Shown: in pieces, positions 54,770 through 63,619 of the stretch
How positions within the stretch are numbered: the first letter of the stretch is position 1
Layout: each line of letters starts with the position of its first letter
Origin: an uncultured Christensenellaceae bacterium
GTDB taxonomy: Bacteria; Bacillota; Clostridia; Christensenellales; UMGS416
DNA: 64,000 bases
Direction: 5' to 3'
NCBI GenBank assembly: GCA_944376795.1
Contig: CALWDW010000015.1
Coordinates: 2,127 to 66,126, forward strand
Translations under genes and position numbers: made by a program
The notes under the pieces: generated by a model
What the model saw: the letters and a program-made list of their open reading frames with translations, nothing else
Database searches by the model: none
Told to the model about the DNA's origin: nothing

Positions 54770-56193
54770 GCCGCGCCACCTCCCCGGCGGCTCCGGCGCT
54801 GGCGCTGGGCCATCCGCAGCACTATGCTCACCTGGGTACCCTCACCTAGGCGGCTGGCAAACTCCAGCTTTGTCTGGTGCGCCTCCGCAATCTGCTGGCA
54901 GAGCGCCAGCCCCAGCCCCGCCCCGTTCTGGGCCCGTGCGCGGGACTTATCCACCATATAAAAGGCCTCGGTAATCTTGCTCAGTTCCTCCTGGGGGATG
55001 CCCCTTCCGTGGTCGGTCACCGTAACCCGATAGCCCGATGCCTCGCGGCCGCCATGGATGTCGATCTCGCTGCCCGGTTCGCTGGCCTTGCGGGCATTGT
55101 CCACCAGGTTCATCAGCAGAGTCTTAATCAGGTCAGGATCCACGTAAACCCCCGCCTCCTCCACCGTGCAGACCAGGCGCATCCCGTACTGCTCCATTAC
55201 CGGCTCCAAAAAACCCTGAATACCCTCTATAAGCCAAACCGTACTGGTCCAGCGGAAGGAAAAATCCTGCCGGCGCATCACCGTCAGCTCCAGCAGCTTC
55301 AAGGAGAGGGATTCCAGCCGCCGGCCTTCGGTAAAGATATAGTTGGCGGCACGGAAGGCCTTCTCCGGATCCATCTGCTGGGACCGAATCATATCCGCGT
55401 AGCCGATCATGGCGGTGAGGGGGGTCTTAAGCTCGTGGGCAAAGCTGGCCACGAACTCCTCCCGCTGCCGCGCCACCTGCTCCAGCGCCTGGATCTTCTC
55501 CTCCAGGGCCTGGGCCATGGCGTCAAAGTTCTCGGTCAGCTCGCCGATCTCGTCGTGGCCGCGCACCTTCACCCGCTGGGCGTATTCCCCCCGGGCCATG
55601 CGGCGGGCGGCGGCGGAAAGCTGCCGGACAGGCCGGGTCACGCCGTAGGACAGCAGCCCCATCAGCAGGGCCCCGCCCAGCAGCGCCGCAGCCATCACCC
55701 ACCGCAGGGTGGCAAACTGGGCCTGCCGCGCAGCAAACAGGCCGCTGACATCCCGGGTGGTTTCCAAGGTATACCGGTCCTCCCCTGCGGTGAACGCCCG
55801 GGCGACCTGGAGATAGTACGCCTCTTCCTGCTGGAAAATCCGCCAAAGGCAGCCCCCCTCCAACGGTCCCAATCCCGAAGCGTCCGCCGTGGCGCCGCCT
55901 TCCCAAACCGTCTGGCCGCCGTCATCATACAGCCGCAGGCTCCAGCCGTCCTGGGCGCTCTGGACCAGGGCAGCCCCTGCCTGCGCCATGGCGCTCCGGG
56001 CCGCTTCCGTGCCGGCGCTGGCCGCCGCCGTTATAAGGACGCTGGAAAACAAGAGGTTCTCCTCCTGGGCGGAGGCAGCCTCTTGATCCCGGATTGTCGC
56101 AAAGTTCCGCAGAACCAAAATCGTCCCTCCCGTCCCCAGGGACAGGACGATGACCAGCAAAGTGCAAAGCAGCACCTTCCAACCAAACCGCAT
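54766..56193 (-). CDS. Sensor histidine kinase (2 TM, HAMP, HisKA, HATPase_c)
   Basis: 475 aa. The H-box is AHELKTPL, the N-box is DNARKAS and the G-boxes are DHGRGI and GAGLGLAL. Confidence 0.9.
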   Translation of the reverse strand: MRFGWKVLLCTLLVIVLSLGTGGTILVLRNFATIRDQEAASAQEENLLFSSVLITAAASAGTEAARSAMAQAGAALVQSAQDGWSLRLYDDGGQTVWEGGATADASGLGPLEGGCLWRIFQQEEAYYLQVARAFTAGEDRYTLETTRDVSGLFAARQAQFATLRWVMAAALLGGALLMGLLSYGVTRPVRQLSAAARRMARGEYAQRVKVRGHDEIGELTENFDAMAQALEEKIQALEQVARQREEFVASFAHELKTPLTAMIGYADMIRSQQMDPEKAFRAANYIFTEGRRLESLSLKLLELTVMRRQDFSFRWTSTVWLIEGIQGFLEPVMEQYGMRLVCTVEEAGVYVDPDLIKTLLMNLVDNARKASEPGSEIDIHGGREASGYRVTVTDHGRGIPQEELSKITEAFYMVDKSRARAQNGAGLGLALCQQIAEAHQTKLEFASRLGEGTQVSIVLRMAQRQRRSRRGGGAA

Positions 56194-56846
56194 CAGACCT
56201 CCAGGCGGTAGCCCACCTTGTACACGGCCTTGATCTTGTCGTTCCAGCCCAGCTTGCGCCGCAGCCGCTGGACGTGCAGATCCACCGTCCGTGTATCCCC
56301 CATGTACTCGCTCTCCCAGACCTTCTCAAAAATCGTCTCCCGAAAGAGCGCGATGTTCTTATTGTGTACAAAGAGCAGCAGCAGCTCGTATTCCTTCTTG
56401 GTCAGCTCCACCTGCTGCCCACCTTTCTTCACCAGGCGGGACTCGGTATCGATCACCACGTCCTCCACCGTGATGCGCTTCTCACTTTTGTTATAGCGGC
56501 GGAGGACCGCCTCCACCCGGGCCAGCAGCTCCACAATGGCAAAGGGCTTGACCAGGTAATCGTCGGCCCCCAGCTGCAGGCCCTTCACCCGGTCGGCCAC
56601 CGAGCTCTTGGCCGTAATAAAGATGACGGGGATATTCATGGGACGGATGTATTCCATCAGCTCGTAGCCGTCGATCTGGGGGAGCATGATGTCCAGCAAA
56701 ATCAGATCATAGGTATTTTCCTCCAGCAGGTCGGCAGCCCGCATCCCATCGTACGCGCAGGTACACTGGTATCCCCGGGAGCTTAAGTTCATATCAATCA
56801 GGTCGGAAATGGGCAGCTCGTCCTCTACCACCAAAATTTTAATCAT
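56193..56846 (-). CDS. OmpR-family response regulator
   Basis: 217 aa. The receiver is ILVVEDE...LLDIMLPQIDG...TAKS...KPF, with a winged helix (VDLHVQRLRRKL...GYRL). Confidence 0.92.
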   Translation of the reverse strand: MIKILVVEDELPISDLIDMNLSSRGYQCTCAYDGMRAADLLEENTYDLILLDIMLPQIDGYELMEYIRPMNIPVIFITAKSSVADRVKGLQLGADDYLVKPFAIVELLARVEAVLRRYNKSEKRITVEDVVIDTESRLVKKGGQQVELTKKEYELLLLFVHNKNIALFRETIFEKVWESEYMGDTRTVDLHVQRLRRKLGWNDKIKAVYKVGYRLEV

Positions 56847-57045
56847 TCTTCCTCTTCCAGCGCCTTTCCCATCAGACTTGCAACCACTTTATCACAAAAA
56901 CCCATCAAAATTGCATCCCCAAGATGGTTTCCAGAAAGCTATACTGTATTGGACGAGAATATCTAAGGCGTTGGTTCCCTGCAGCGGCGCTACGGCCTTC
57001 CACCGGAGGGGAAAATAGGCATCTTATCTTTTTGCCCCGTCCCGG

Positions 57046-57074
57046 TTGCATTGGACTCCCAGCACGCCTATAAT
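57046..57074 (+). promoter_or_regulatory. Sigma70-like promoter of the EamA-dgoD unit
   Basis: TTGCAT (57046-57051), a 17-nt spacer, then TATAAT (57069-57074). Confidence 0.5.
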
Positions 57075-57109
57075 GGGGAAGGTATCCCGGAACGAAAAGA
57101 GGCTTCCCC

Positions 57110-57523
57110 ATGTGGATCGTGTTCGCCCTGCTCTCGGCGGTCTTTGCAGCCGCCACTTCGCTCCTGGCCAAGGTCGGCATTCAGAACGTCAACTCCAACC
57201 TGGCCACCGCCATCCGTACCGGTGTAGTGCTGCTGCTCTCCTGGGGTATCGTGCTGATAACAGGTTCCCTTCGGGGCATCCATGCCATTTCCGGAAAAAG
57301 CTGGCTCTTCCTGGTGCTTTCGGGCATTGCCACCGGTCTTTCCTGGCTGTGCTACTACCGCGCCATCCAGCTGGGGGACGTAGCCCGGGTGGCAGCCATT
57401 GACAAGTTCAGCATTGTGCTGACGCTGGTTATGGCCTACTTTTTTCTCCAGGAGCCTTTGACCGTCAAGACCGCCATCGGCGGTCTTCTCATCACCGCCG
57501 GCACGCTGCTCATGGTCCTGTAA
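57110..57523 (+). CDS. EamA-like (DMT superfamily) half-size transporter
   Basis: 137 aa with 4-5 TM segments. The pattern is LLSAVFAAATSLLAKVG...AIDKFSIVLTLVMAYFFLQEPLT. Confidence 0.8.
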   Translation: MWIVFALLSAVFAAATSLLAKVGIQNVNSNLATAIRTGVVLLLSWGIVLITGSLRGIHAISGKSWLFLVLSGIATGLSWLCYYRAIQLGDVARVAAIDKFSIVLTLVMAYFFLQEPLTVKTAIGGLLITAGTLLMVL

Positions 57524-57556
57524 ACGGCGTGCTTTCCCGTCCGACAGGAGGATCGC

Positions 57557-58711
57557 ATGAAGATTCAATCTCTGGAAACCTTTCACCTGCGCCCACGGTG
57601 GATGTTTCTCAAAATCACCACCGACGAAGGAATCAGCGGCTGGGGCGAACCGGTGCTGGAGGGCCGCGCCCAAACCGTGGAGACCGCCCTCCGGGAGATG
57701 GCGCCCCTGCTCATCGGCCAAGATCCCCTGCGCATTGAACACCTGTGGCAGACCCTCTATCGCAGCACGGCCTACCGGGGCGGGCCCATACTCACCAGCG
57801 CTCTCTCCGGCGTGGAAATGGCTCTTTGGGACATTAAGGGGAAGGCCTGCGGTCAGCCCGTCTACCAGCTGCTTGGTGGCAAGTGCCGGGACCGGGTTCG
57901 CATGTACGGCCACCTCAAGCCCACCGGACATCCTGGGGACTTCCCCATAGAAGCCATGCTGGAGATCACCCGCGGCCGGTTGGCGGAGGGCTTCACCGTG
58001 ATGAAGTACTCCATCATCCCCCCCATCCGCCCCATTGACAGTCCGGCCATGGTGGAGGCGGCGGTAGAGCGTTTTGCCGCCGTGCGGGAATGCATCGGGA
58101 AAAAGGTGGATCTGGCCATTGACTTCCATGGCCGGGTCAGCCCCGCCATGTCCCGCCGGCTGCTGGCGGCGCTGGAACCCTACTACCCCCTCTTCGTCGA
58201 GGAACCAGTACTCCCCGAAAACGTGGACGCGCTGGCCGCCGTGGCCCGGGGCACCTCCATTCCCATTGCGGCGGGAGAGCGGCTCTTCACCCGCTGGGGA
58301 TACCGGGAGCTCATCGAAAAGCAAGCCGTTTCGGTGGTACAGCCCGATCTGTGCCACTGTGGCGGCATCCTGGAGGCGCGCAAGATTGCCGCCCTGGCGG
58401 AAAACTACTACATGGCCTACGCGCCCCATAACCCGCTGGGCCCCATCTCCCTGGCCGCCTGTCTCCAGCTGGACGCCTGCGCTCCCAACCTGCTGGCCCA
58501 GGAGCATCCCGGTATGCCTGGTGGCCAAGACCTGGGCGTGGGCATTCTCACGAAACCCTTCGTCATTGAGAAAGACGGCTGCATCCGCATCCCCGACGGA
58601 CCGGGGCTGGGCATCGAGGTAGACGAGTCCCGTCTGGAGGAACTGGCATTCCCCGGCGCGTGGGACACCCCGCGTCTCTTCTTTGAGGACGGCAGCATTG
58701 CCGACTGGTAA
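57557..58711 (+). CDS. dgoD: D-galactonate dehydratase (enolase superfamily)
   Basis: 384 aa. It appears collinear with E. coli DgoD as I recall it: RWMFLKI.TDEG..GWGEP..EGRA, DFHGRVS, LFVEEPV, AAGER and QPDL.H.GGI. Confidence 0.9.
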   Translation: MKIQSLETFHLRPRWMFLKITTDEGISGWGEPVLEGRAQTVETALREMAPLLIGQDPLRIEHLWQTLYRSTAYRGGPILTSALSGVEMALWDIKGKACGQPVYQLLGGKCRDRVRMYGHLKPTGHPGDFPIEAMLEITRGRLAEGFTVMKYSIIPPIRPIDSPAMVEAAVERFAAVRECIGKKVDLAIDFHGRVSPAMSRRLLAALEPYYPLFVEEPVLPENVDALAAVARGTSIPIAAGERLFTRWGYRELIEKQAVSVVQPDLCHCGGILEARKIAALAENYYMAYAPHNPLGPISLAACLQLDACAPNLLAQEHPGMPGGQDLGVGILTKPFVIEKDGCIRIPDGPGLGIEVDESRLEELAFPGAWDTPRLFFEDGSIADW

Positions 58712-58728
58712 CCCGCCAAAATGGATTG

Positions 58729-58769
58729 AAGGCGCCTTGCTTCCGCCGTATTGGAAGCAGGGCGCCTTT
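58729..58769. terminator. Hairpin between convergent dgoD and metQ
   Basis: A 16-bp stem, AAGGCGCCTTGCTTCC (58729-58744) with GGAAGCAGGGCGCCTT (58753-58768), containing one T.G. The U-tract is weak. Confidence 0.5.
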
Positions 58770-58921
58770 ATGCTTCTTCCCTGGCCGCCAGCGTTCTGCA
58801 TGGCGTCCGTTTCCAAGCAGGGATGGCGGCCATCCGCTGGGCATGCAAAGGGAGGCGCTCCTCCGCCGGGAAACCGGCACCGGAGCACCTCCTGTTCTGT
58901 TATGCCAGCGGGGCCACCTGC

Positions 58922-59827
58922 TTAGAACACGGGGATTACGCTGGCTCCAAAGGTGGAGACTATATACTCCCGGGTCTCGTCGCTGGTCAGGGCCTCCGCC
59001 AGCGCTTGGATCTCTTCCCGGGACGCATCCCCCTCCCGGACAGCCAGGATATTGGCATAGGTCTGGGCCTGTTCGCCGGAAGCATCCTCGGTGGCGTAGA
59101 CGGTCTCTCCGTTCTCATCGGTCAGGGTGACGCTCCGGTCGGTGATCTCCGCCTCCAGGGCATAGTTGCCATTGGCCACGGCAAAGTCTACATCCTCCAG
59201 GGTACGGGGCACCTGGGCGGCTTCGGTCTCAATGATCCGCACATTGTGAGGATTCTCCAGGATGTCCTGGGCGGTGGCGTTCTCGGCCTCCGGATCCACC
59301 GTGAGGATGCCGTAGCGCTCCAGCAGCTTCAGCGCCCGGGCCTCGTTGGTGGGATCGTTGGGGACGGCAATCTCCGCTCCATCGGCAATCTGGGTCAGAT
59401 CGGAAGACCGGCCGGCGTAGATGCCCAAGGGCTCAAAGTGCACCGCAGCCGCCGAGATCAAATGGGTGCCACGGCTTTCGTTGAACTCCTCCAGGTAGGG
59501 GCCATGCTGGAAATAGTTGGCGTCCAACTCCCCGGCCTCCAGGGCCGTATTGGGCAGCACATAGTCGGTAAAAATCTCAATCTGCAGGTCAATACCCTGC
59601 TCCAGCAGCATGGGCTTTACAAACTCCAGGATCTGGGCATGGGGCGCAGGGGACGCGCCTACCCGGAGTACCTTCAGCTCCCCTTCGGTTTCGGGCGTCG
59701 TCTCGGCGGCAGGAGTTTCCTGGGCGGGGGCCGGGGTATTCCCGGCAGGGGCAGCAGAGCAGGCCGTCAGGGCCAGCAGCAGGATGGCGGCCAAAGCCGC
59801 AGCAAGCAGTTTTTTCATTGCATTCAC
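58922..59827 (-). CDS. metQ: MetQ/NlpA family methionine ABC transporter substrate-binding lipoprotein
   Basis: 301 aa. The lipobox is LALTACS. The mature domain has typical NlpA patterns (LRVGASP.PHA, ANYFQH, IAVPNDPTNEARAL). Confidence 0.88.
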   Translation of the reverse strand: MNAMKKLLAAALAAILLLALTACSAAPAGNTPAPAQETPAAETTPETEGELKVLRVGASPAPHAQILEFVKPMLLEQGIDLQIEIFTDYVLPNTALEAGELDANYFQHGPYLEEFNESRGTHLISAAAVHFEPLGIYAGRSSDLTQIADGAEIAVPNDPTNEARALKLLERYGILTVDPEAENATAQDILENPHNVRIIETEAAQVPRTLEDVDFAVANGNYALEAEITDRSVTLTDENGETVYATEDASGEQAQTYANILAVREGDASREEIQALAEALTSDETREYIVSTFGASVIPVF

Positions 59828-59891
59828 CTCATAATTTTTTCAAACCGGCGGTTTTCCACCGGATTGTGGACGAAATAAGGCAGAACGAAGG

Positions 59892-60560
59892 TTACCTTCC
59901 GCGTTTGTCGATGAGCTTGGCGGTCAGGGAGAACAGGGACTGGATCACCTGCACCAGGATCACCAGCAGCACGATGGTGATAATCATCATATCGTACTGG
60001 TAGCGATGGTAGCCGTAGCGGATGGCGATATCCCCCAGGCCGCGGCCCCCCACCGCCCCGGCCATGGCCGAGTAGCCGATCAGGGTAATGGTGGTGATGG
60101 AGCCGCCTCGGACCAGGGAAGGGATCGATTCCGGCAGGAGTACCTTATAGATGATCTGCCAGTGGGTGGCGCCCATGGTGCGGGCTGCCTCCACCACCCC
60201 CGGATCGATCTCCTTGAGGGAGGTCTCCACCATCCGGGCCACAAAGGGCGCCGCAGCCACCACCAAGGGCACGATCGCCGCCGTGGGGCCGATGGCCTTG
60301 CCCACAATGGCCCGGGTAAAGGGGATGATAGCCACCATCAGGATGATAAAGGGAATCGACCGTCCAATATTGATCACCCAGCCCAGCACGGCATTCAGCA
60401 CCGGCATGGGGCGGAGGCCCTTTTTATCGGTCACCACCAGGAGGATCCCCAGGGGCAGCCCCAATACATAGGCAAACAGCGCGGAGAAAAAGGTCATGTA
60501 CAGGGTCTCTCCCAGGCCCTCCAGCAGCATGGTTTGGTTGGTCATGAGCGTCTCGATCAT
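59892..60560 (-). CDS. metI: Methionine ABC transporter permease
   Basis: 222 aa with 5 TM segments. The EAA-loop region is VEAARTMGATHWQIIYKVLLPE. Confidence 0.92.
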   Translation of the reverse strand: MIETLMTNQTMLLEGLGETLYMTFFSALFAYVLGLPLGILLVVTDKKGLRPMPVLNAVLGWVINIGRSIPFIILMVAIIPFTRAIVGKAIGPTAAIVPLVVAAAPFVARMVETSLKEIDPGVVEAARTMGATHWQIIYKVLLPESIPSLVRGGSITTITLIGYSAMAGAVGGRGLGDIAIRYGYHRYQYDMMIITIVLLVILVQVIQSLFSLTAKLIDKRGR

Positions 60561-61303
60561 TGGATGCTCCCTCCCGTCTCTCCCAGCAGCAGCCGGGTAA
60601 TTTCGCTGGCAGGGTGCGCGAATACCTCCCGGGTATTCCCCTGCTCGATGAAGCTGCCCTCATTGATCACCGCCACCTTGTTGCAGATGGCCTTGACCAC
60701 GCTGATCTCGTGGGTGATGATGATGACGGTAACCCCCATTTTCCGATTGATGTCGGTGAGCAGTTCCAAGATGGAGCGGGTAGTGAAGGAATCCAGCGCG
60801 CTGGTGGGTTCGTCACAGAGAAGGATAGACGGGTGATTCGCTAGGGCCCGGGCGATGGCCACCCGCTGCTTCTGCCCGCCGGAGAGCTGAGAAGGATAGG
60901 CCCGCGCCTTGTCCGAGAGCCCCACCACCTCCAGCAATTCCTCAACCCGGGCCCATCGCCGGGCCTTGGGCATTCGTGCCAACTCCAGCGGGAAGGCGAC
61001 GTTATCCCGCACCGTCCGCTGCATCAGGAGGTTATACCCCTGGAAGATCACACCCACCTTTTTGCGCATCTCGATCAGCTCGCGGCCGCGCAGCCGGCTG
61101 ATGTCCGCCCCTTCCACCAGGATCCGTCCCTCGGTGGGGGTCTCCAGCAAGGAGATGCAGCGCAAAAGCGTGCTCTTGCCTGCGCCGCTCTTGCCGATAA
61201 TGCCGTAGATGTCCCCCGGCTCCACCTTCAGGTTGATGTGACGCAGGGCCGTCACCTCTTCTCCGCCGCGGAAGACTTTACTCAGGTTTTCCACCTGGAT
61301 CAT
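60557..61303 (-). CDS. metN: Methionine ABC transporter ATP-binding protein (no C-terminal NIL domain)
   Basis: The start is trimmed to the ATG at 61303, after AAGGGAGTG. Walker A is GKSGAGKST, the signature is LSGGQKQR and Walker B is ILLCDEPT. At 248 aa it ends shortly after the ABC domain. Confidence 0.9.
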   Translation of the reverse strand: MIQVENLSKVFRGGEEVTALRHINLKVEPGDIYGIIGKSGAGKSTLLRCISLLETPTEGRILVEGADISRLRGRELIEMRKKVGVIFQGYNLLMQRTVRDNVAFPLELARMPKARRWARVEELLEVVGLSDKARAYPSQLSGGQKQRVAIARALANHPSILLCDEPTSALDSFTTRSILELLTDINRKMGVTVIIITHEISVVKAICNKVAVINEGSFIEQGNTREVFAHPASEITRLLLGETGGSIQ

Positions 61304-61320
61304 GGATTCCCACTCCCTTC

Positions 61321-61600
61321 CCAGAAAAAAATCGCCCTCGGAAAAATCCGAGGGCGACAGCATGCGCTTCGCGTTACCACCTCTGTTCGTCCGCCCCTCG
61401 CGGGAACAGACCTCATCGGGTACGAACATACCCTATCGCTGTCACGGGCGACCCCGTCGTAGCCTTAGCCATGCCTCGGTACGCGGCTCCGGGACCATGT
61501 TCCCCCGTCCCTCCGTCACCCATTCACAGCTGCCTGGGCTCTCTGCGCACGTACGAACCGGGTACTCTTCCCTTCCTTGCCTTTCAAGGAGATATACAAT
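61321..61600 (-). promoter_or_regulatory. T-box leader (probable Met specifier) controlling metNIQ
   Basis: On the - strand: a Stem I AG-box (GCGCAGAGAGCC), a distal-loop-like GCTGTGAATGGG and a specifier candidate GGGGAAC-ATG-G (+ strand CAT at 61496-61498). The T-box sequence is AGAGGTGGTAACGCG (core at 61370-61381). The terminator is TCGCCCTCGG-loop-CCGAGGGCGA (61332-61357) plus 7 U. Confidence 0.8.
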
Positions 61601-61608
61601 TGCTTGTT

Positions 61609-61637
61609 ATTATAGCCGGGGCGAGCGAACCTGTCAA
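61609..61637 (-). promoter_or_regulatory. Consensus sigma70 promoter of the T-box/metNIQ unit
   Basis: On the - strand: TTGACA (61632-61637), a 17-nt spacer, then TATAAT (61609-61614). Confidence 0.6.
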
Positions 61638-61700
61638 GCCCCTTTTCCTGCCCGGCACCCAATTCCGAAAAAAGCTCTCCCAATTTGTCCGTTCTACGCA

Positions 61701-61729
61701 TTGGCAAAGCCAGCGTCCCATTGTATGAT
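61701..61729 (+). promoter_or_regulatory. Sigma70-like promoter of the GH30 gene
   Basis: TTGGCA (61701-61706), a 17-nt spacer, then TATGAT (61724-61729). Confidence 0.45.
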
Positions 61730-61786
61730 AGGTTTATACTTACATCTGCATAGTGAGGGCGGACATTCCCGCCCAAGGAGGTTCTT

Positions 61787-63580
61787 ATGGAAAAGCGCAC
61801 ACTCCGCATCACCCGCACCGACTACGCCGGCCGGCACATGCTCGCCGCCCTGGATCCCGTTCCCATGGTTCCCGCCACTGCGCCGGACGAGAATACGCTG
61901 GTGGTGGATCCCAGGGTGCAGCACCAGCCCATACTGGGATTTGGCGGCACCTGGACCGATACCGACGTATACAACCTGCTTCGTATGTCTCCGGCTCAGC
62001 AGGACGCGGTGCTCACCGCTCTCTTTGACCCGGTTCAGGGTGCAGGCTGGAACTTTATGCGTCTGCCCTTCGGGTCCACCGACTGGGAATCTCGCTATGA
62101 CTTCTACACCTACGACGACATGCCACGGGGTGAAAAGGACTGGGATCTGGCTCACTTTTCCATCCAGCGGGATATCGACCGCGGGCTCTTTCGCCTGGCC
62201 CGCCGGTGCCGGGAAATCAACCCCGATGTGATCTTCCTGGGCAGCGTCTGGGGCGTCCCCGGCTGGATGAAGGACAACGACGCCATCATGTACGGCATCT
62301 TTGATCCGCAATATACAGATGTATATGCCCGCTATCTGCGTATGACAGTGCAAGCCTACGCCCAAGAGGGCATCGAGCTCTACGCCATCACTCCCCAGAA
62401 CGAGTCCCTCATCTCCAACGATCGAGCCACCCCGGCCTGCCGCTTCACCTGGCGGCTGCAGCGGGACGTCATCCTGGCTCTGCGCCGGGAATTCAACGCC
62501 CACGAAATCCACACCCAAATCTGGTGCTACGATGATACTTTTTCCAAGGCGCCGTGGTTCGTAGCCCCTATGCTGGCCGACGAGGAGGCACGCGCCGCCC
62601 TGGACGGCGTAGCCTACCACAGCTACGGCGGCCGCATTGGCATCATGGGCGACCTGGCCCGGCAGTACCCGGATGTCCCCGTCTACATGACCGAGCGCTG
62701 TCCCCACAATATCCCCGCCTATCTGGACATCATCGAGCAGCTCCAGAACGAAGCCCGCAGCTACCTATCCTGGACCACCCTCTGCAATGAATTCGGCGGC
62801 CCCCACCAGGGTGGCGACGGCAAGCGCCCCTATACCCGGCGGGACGGAAGCACACACTACCCTTGCTTTATCATCAACGGCTGGCAAAATCCCGACCAAT
62901 GGAAGCTTACCCCCATGTATGGCATGTATGGGCAGTTCACCCGGTTCCTCCGCCGGGGCATGGTGCGGGTCGACTGTACCCCCGGCTGTCGGCAGTGGAT
63001 TATGGCCGTGGCCTTTCTGAACGTGTCCACAGGCGAGGTGACTGTGGTAGCAGGAAATCAGGCCGACAGCAGCCAATCCTTTACCCTGCGCTGCGGAGGG
63101 CTGCAGGCCGCTCTCACTTTGCCTCCCCAAACCTTGGAGACCTACCAATTTCTGCCGGAAGGAGAGCCCATCCCCATCACGGCCGCGCCGTCCAAGCGCA
63201 TCCCAACGCTGCTGGACTGGGATCTGGAACCTCGAGAAATTACCTGGGAAGGCGACCTCCGGGCCGGAGAAAAGCTCCTCCTTTCCTGCCGGGTGGCCAA
63301 CGTGGGGCAGCGCCCCACCCCGGAACGGGGGAGCCTGGTGGTACAGTTCAGCCTGGACGGGGACGATATGATTGCCCGAGCCGCCTATGACTGTCCCGTA
63401 TTGCAGCCCGGTGAAGCAGTGACCGTCACTGCCAACATCCCCTATGACAAGGACATCCGTTGGACCGCCACCGCCGGCTGGCATACCCTCCTGGCCCGGG
63501 TCACCATGGGAGGAGACACCTTCCCCGAGACCAACCAGCAAAACAATCTGACCGGCACAGAAATCTTCGTTCGAGAATAG
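61787..63580 (+). CDS. Glycoside hydrolase family 30 (glucosylceramidase-like) with a C-terminal CARDB-like domain
   Basis: 597 aa. GFGGTWTD and ITPQNES (acid/base Glu region) are typical of GH30. The last ~110 aa (LLLSCRVANVG...PGEAVTVTANIPY...NNL) resemble a CARDB domain. No signal peptide is evident. Confidence 0.8.
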   Translation: MEKRTLRITRTDYAGRHMLAALDPVPMVPATAPDENTLVVDPRVQHQPILGFGGTWTDTDVYNLLRMSPAQQDAVLTALFDPVQGAGWNFMRLPFGSTDWESRYDFYTYDDMPRGEKDWDLAHFSIQRDIDRGLFRLARRCREINPDVIFLGSVWGVPGWMKDNDAIMYGIFDPQYTDVYARYLRMTVQAYAQEGIELYAITPQNESLISNDRATPACRFTWRLQRDVILALRREFNAHEIHTQIWCYDDTFSKAPWFVAPMLADEEARAALDGVAYHSYGGRIGIMGDLARQYPDVPVYMTERCPHNIPAYLDIIEQLQNEARSYLSWTTLCNEFGGPHQGGDGKRPYTRRDGSTHYPCFIINGWQNPDQWKLTPMYGMYGQFTRFLRRGMVRVDCTPGCRQWIMAVAFLNVSTGEVTVVAGNQADSSQSFTLRCGGLQAALTLPPQTLETYQFLPEGEPIPITAAPSKRIPTLLDWDLEPREITWEGDLRAGEKLLLSCRVANVGQRPTPERGSLVVQFSLDGDDMIARAAYDCPVLQPGEAVTVTANIPYDKDIRWTATAGWHTLLARVTMGGDTFPETNQQNNLTGTEIFVRE

Positions 63581-63619
63581 AAGCTTCCATGCCGGAATCT
63601 ACGGAGGAAACCACCAAGT

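Noticed and set aside
57068-58888. A 606-aa - strand ORF.
   Set aside because: It is antisense to EamA and dgoD. dgoD appears collinear with E. coli DgoD as I recall it, and the antisense translation is G/A/R/P-rich.
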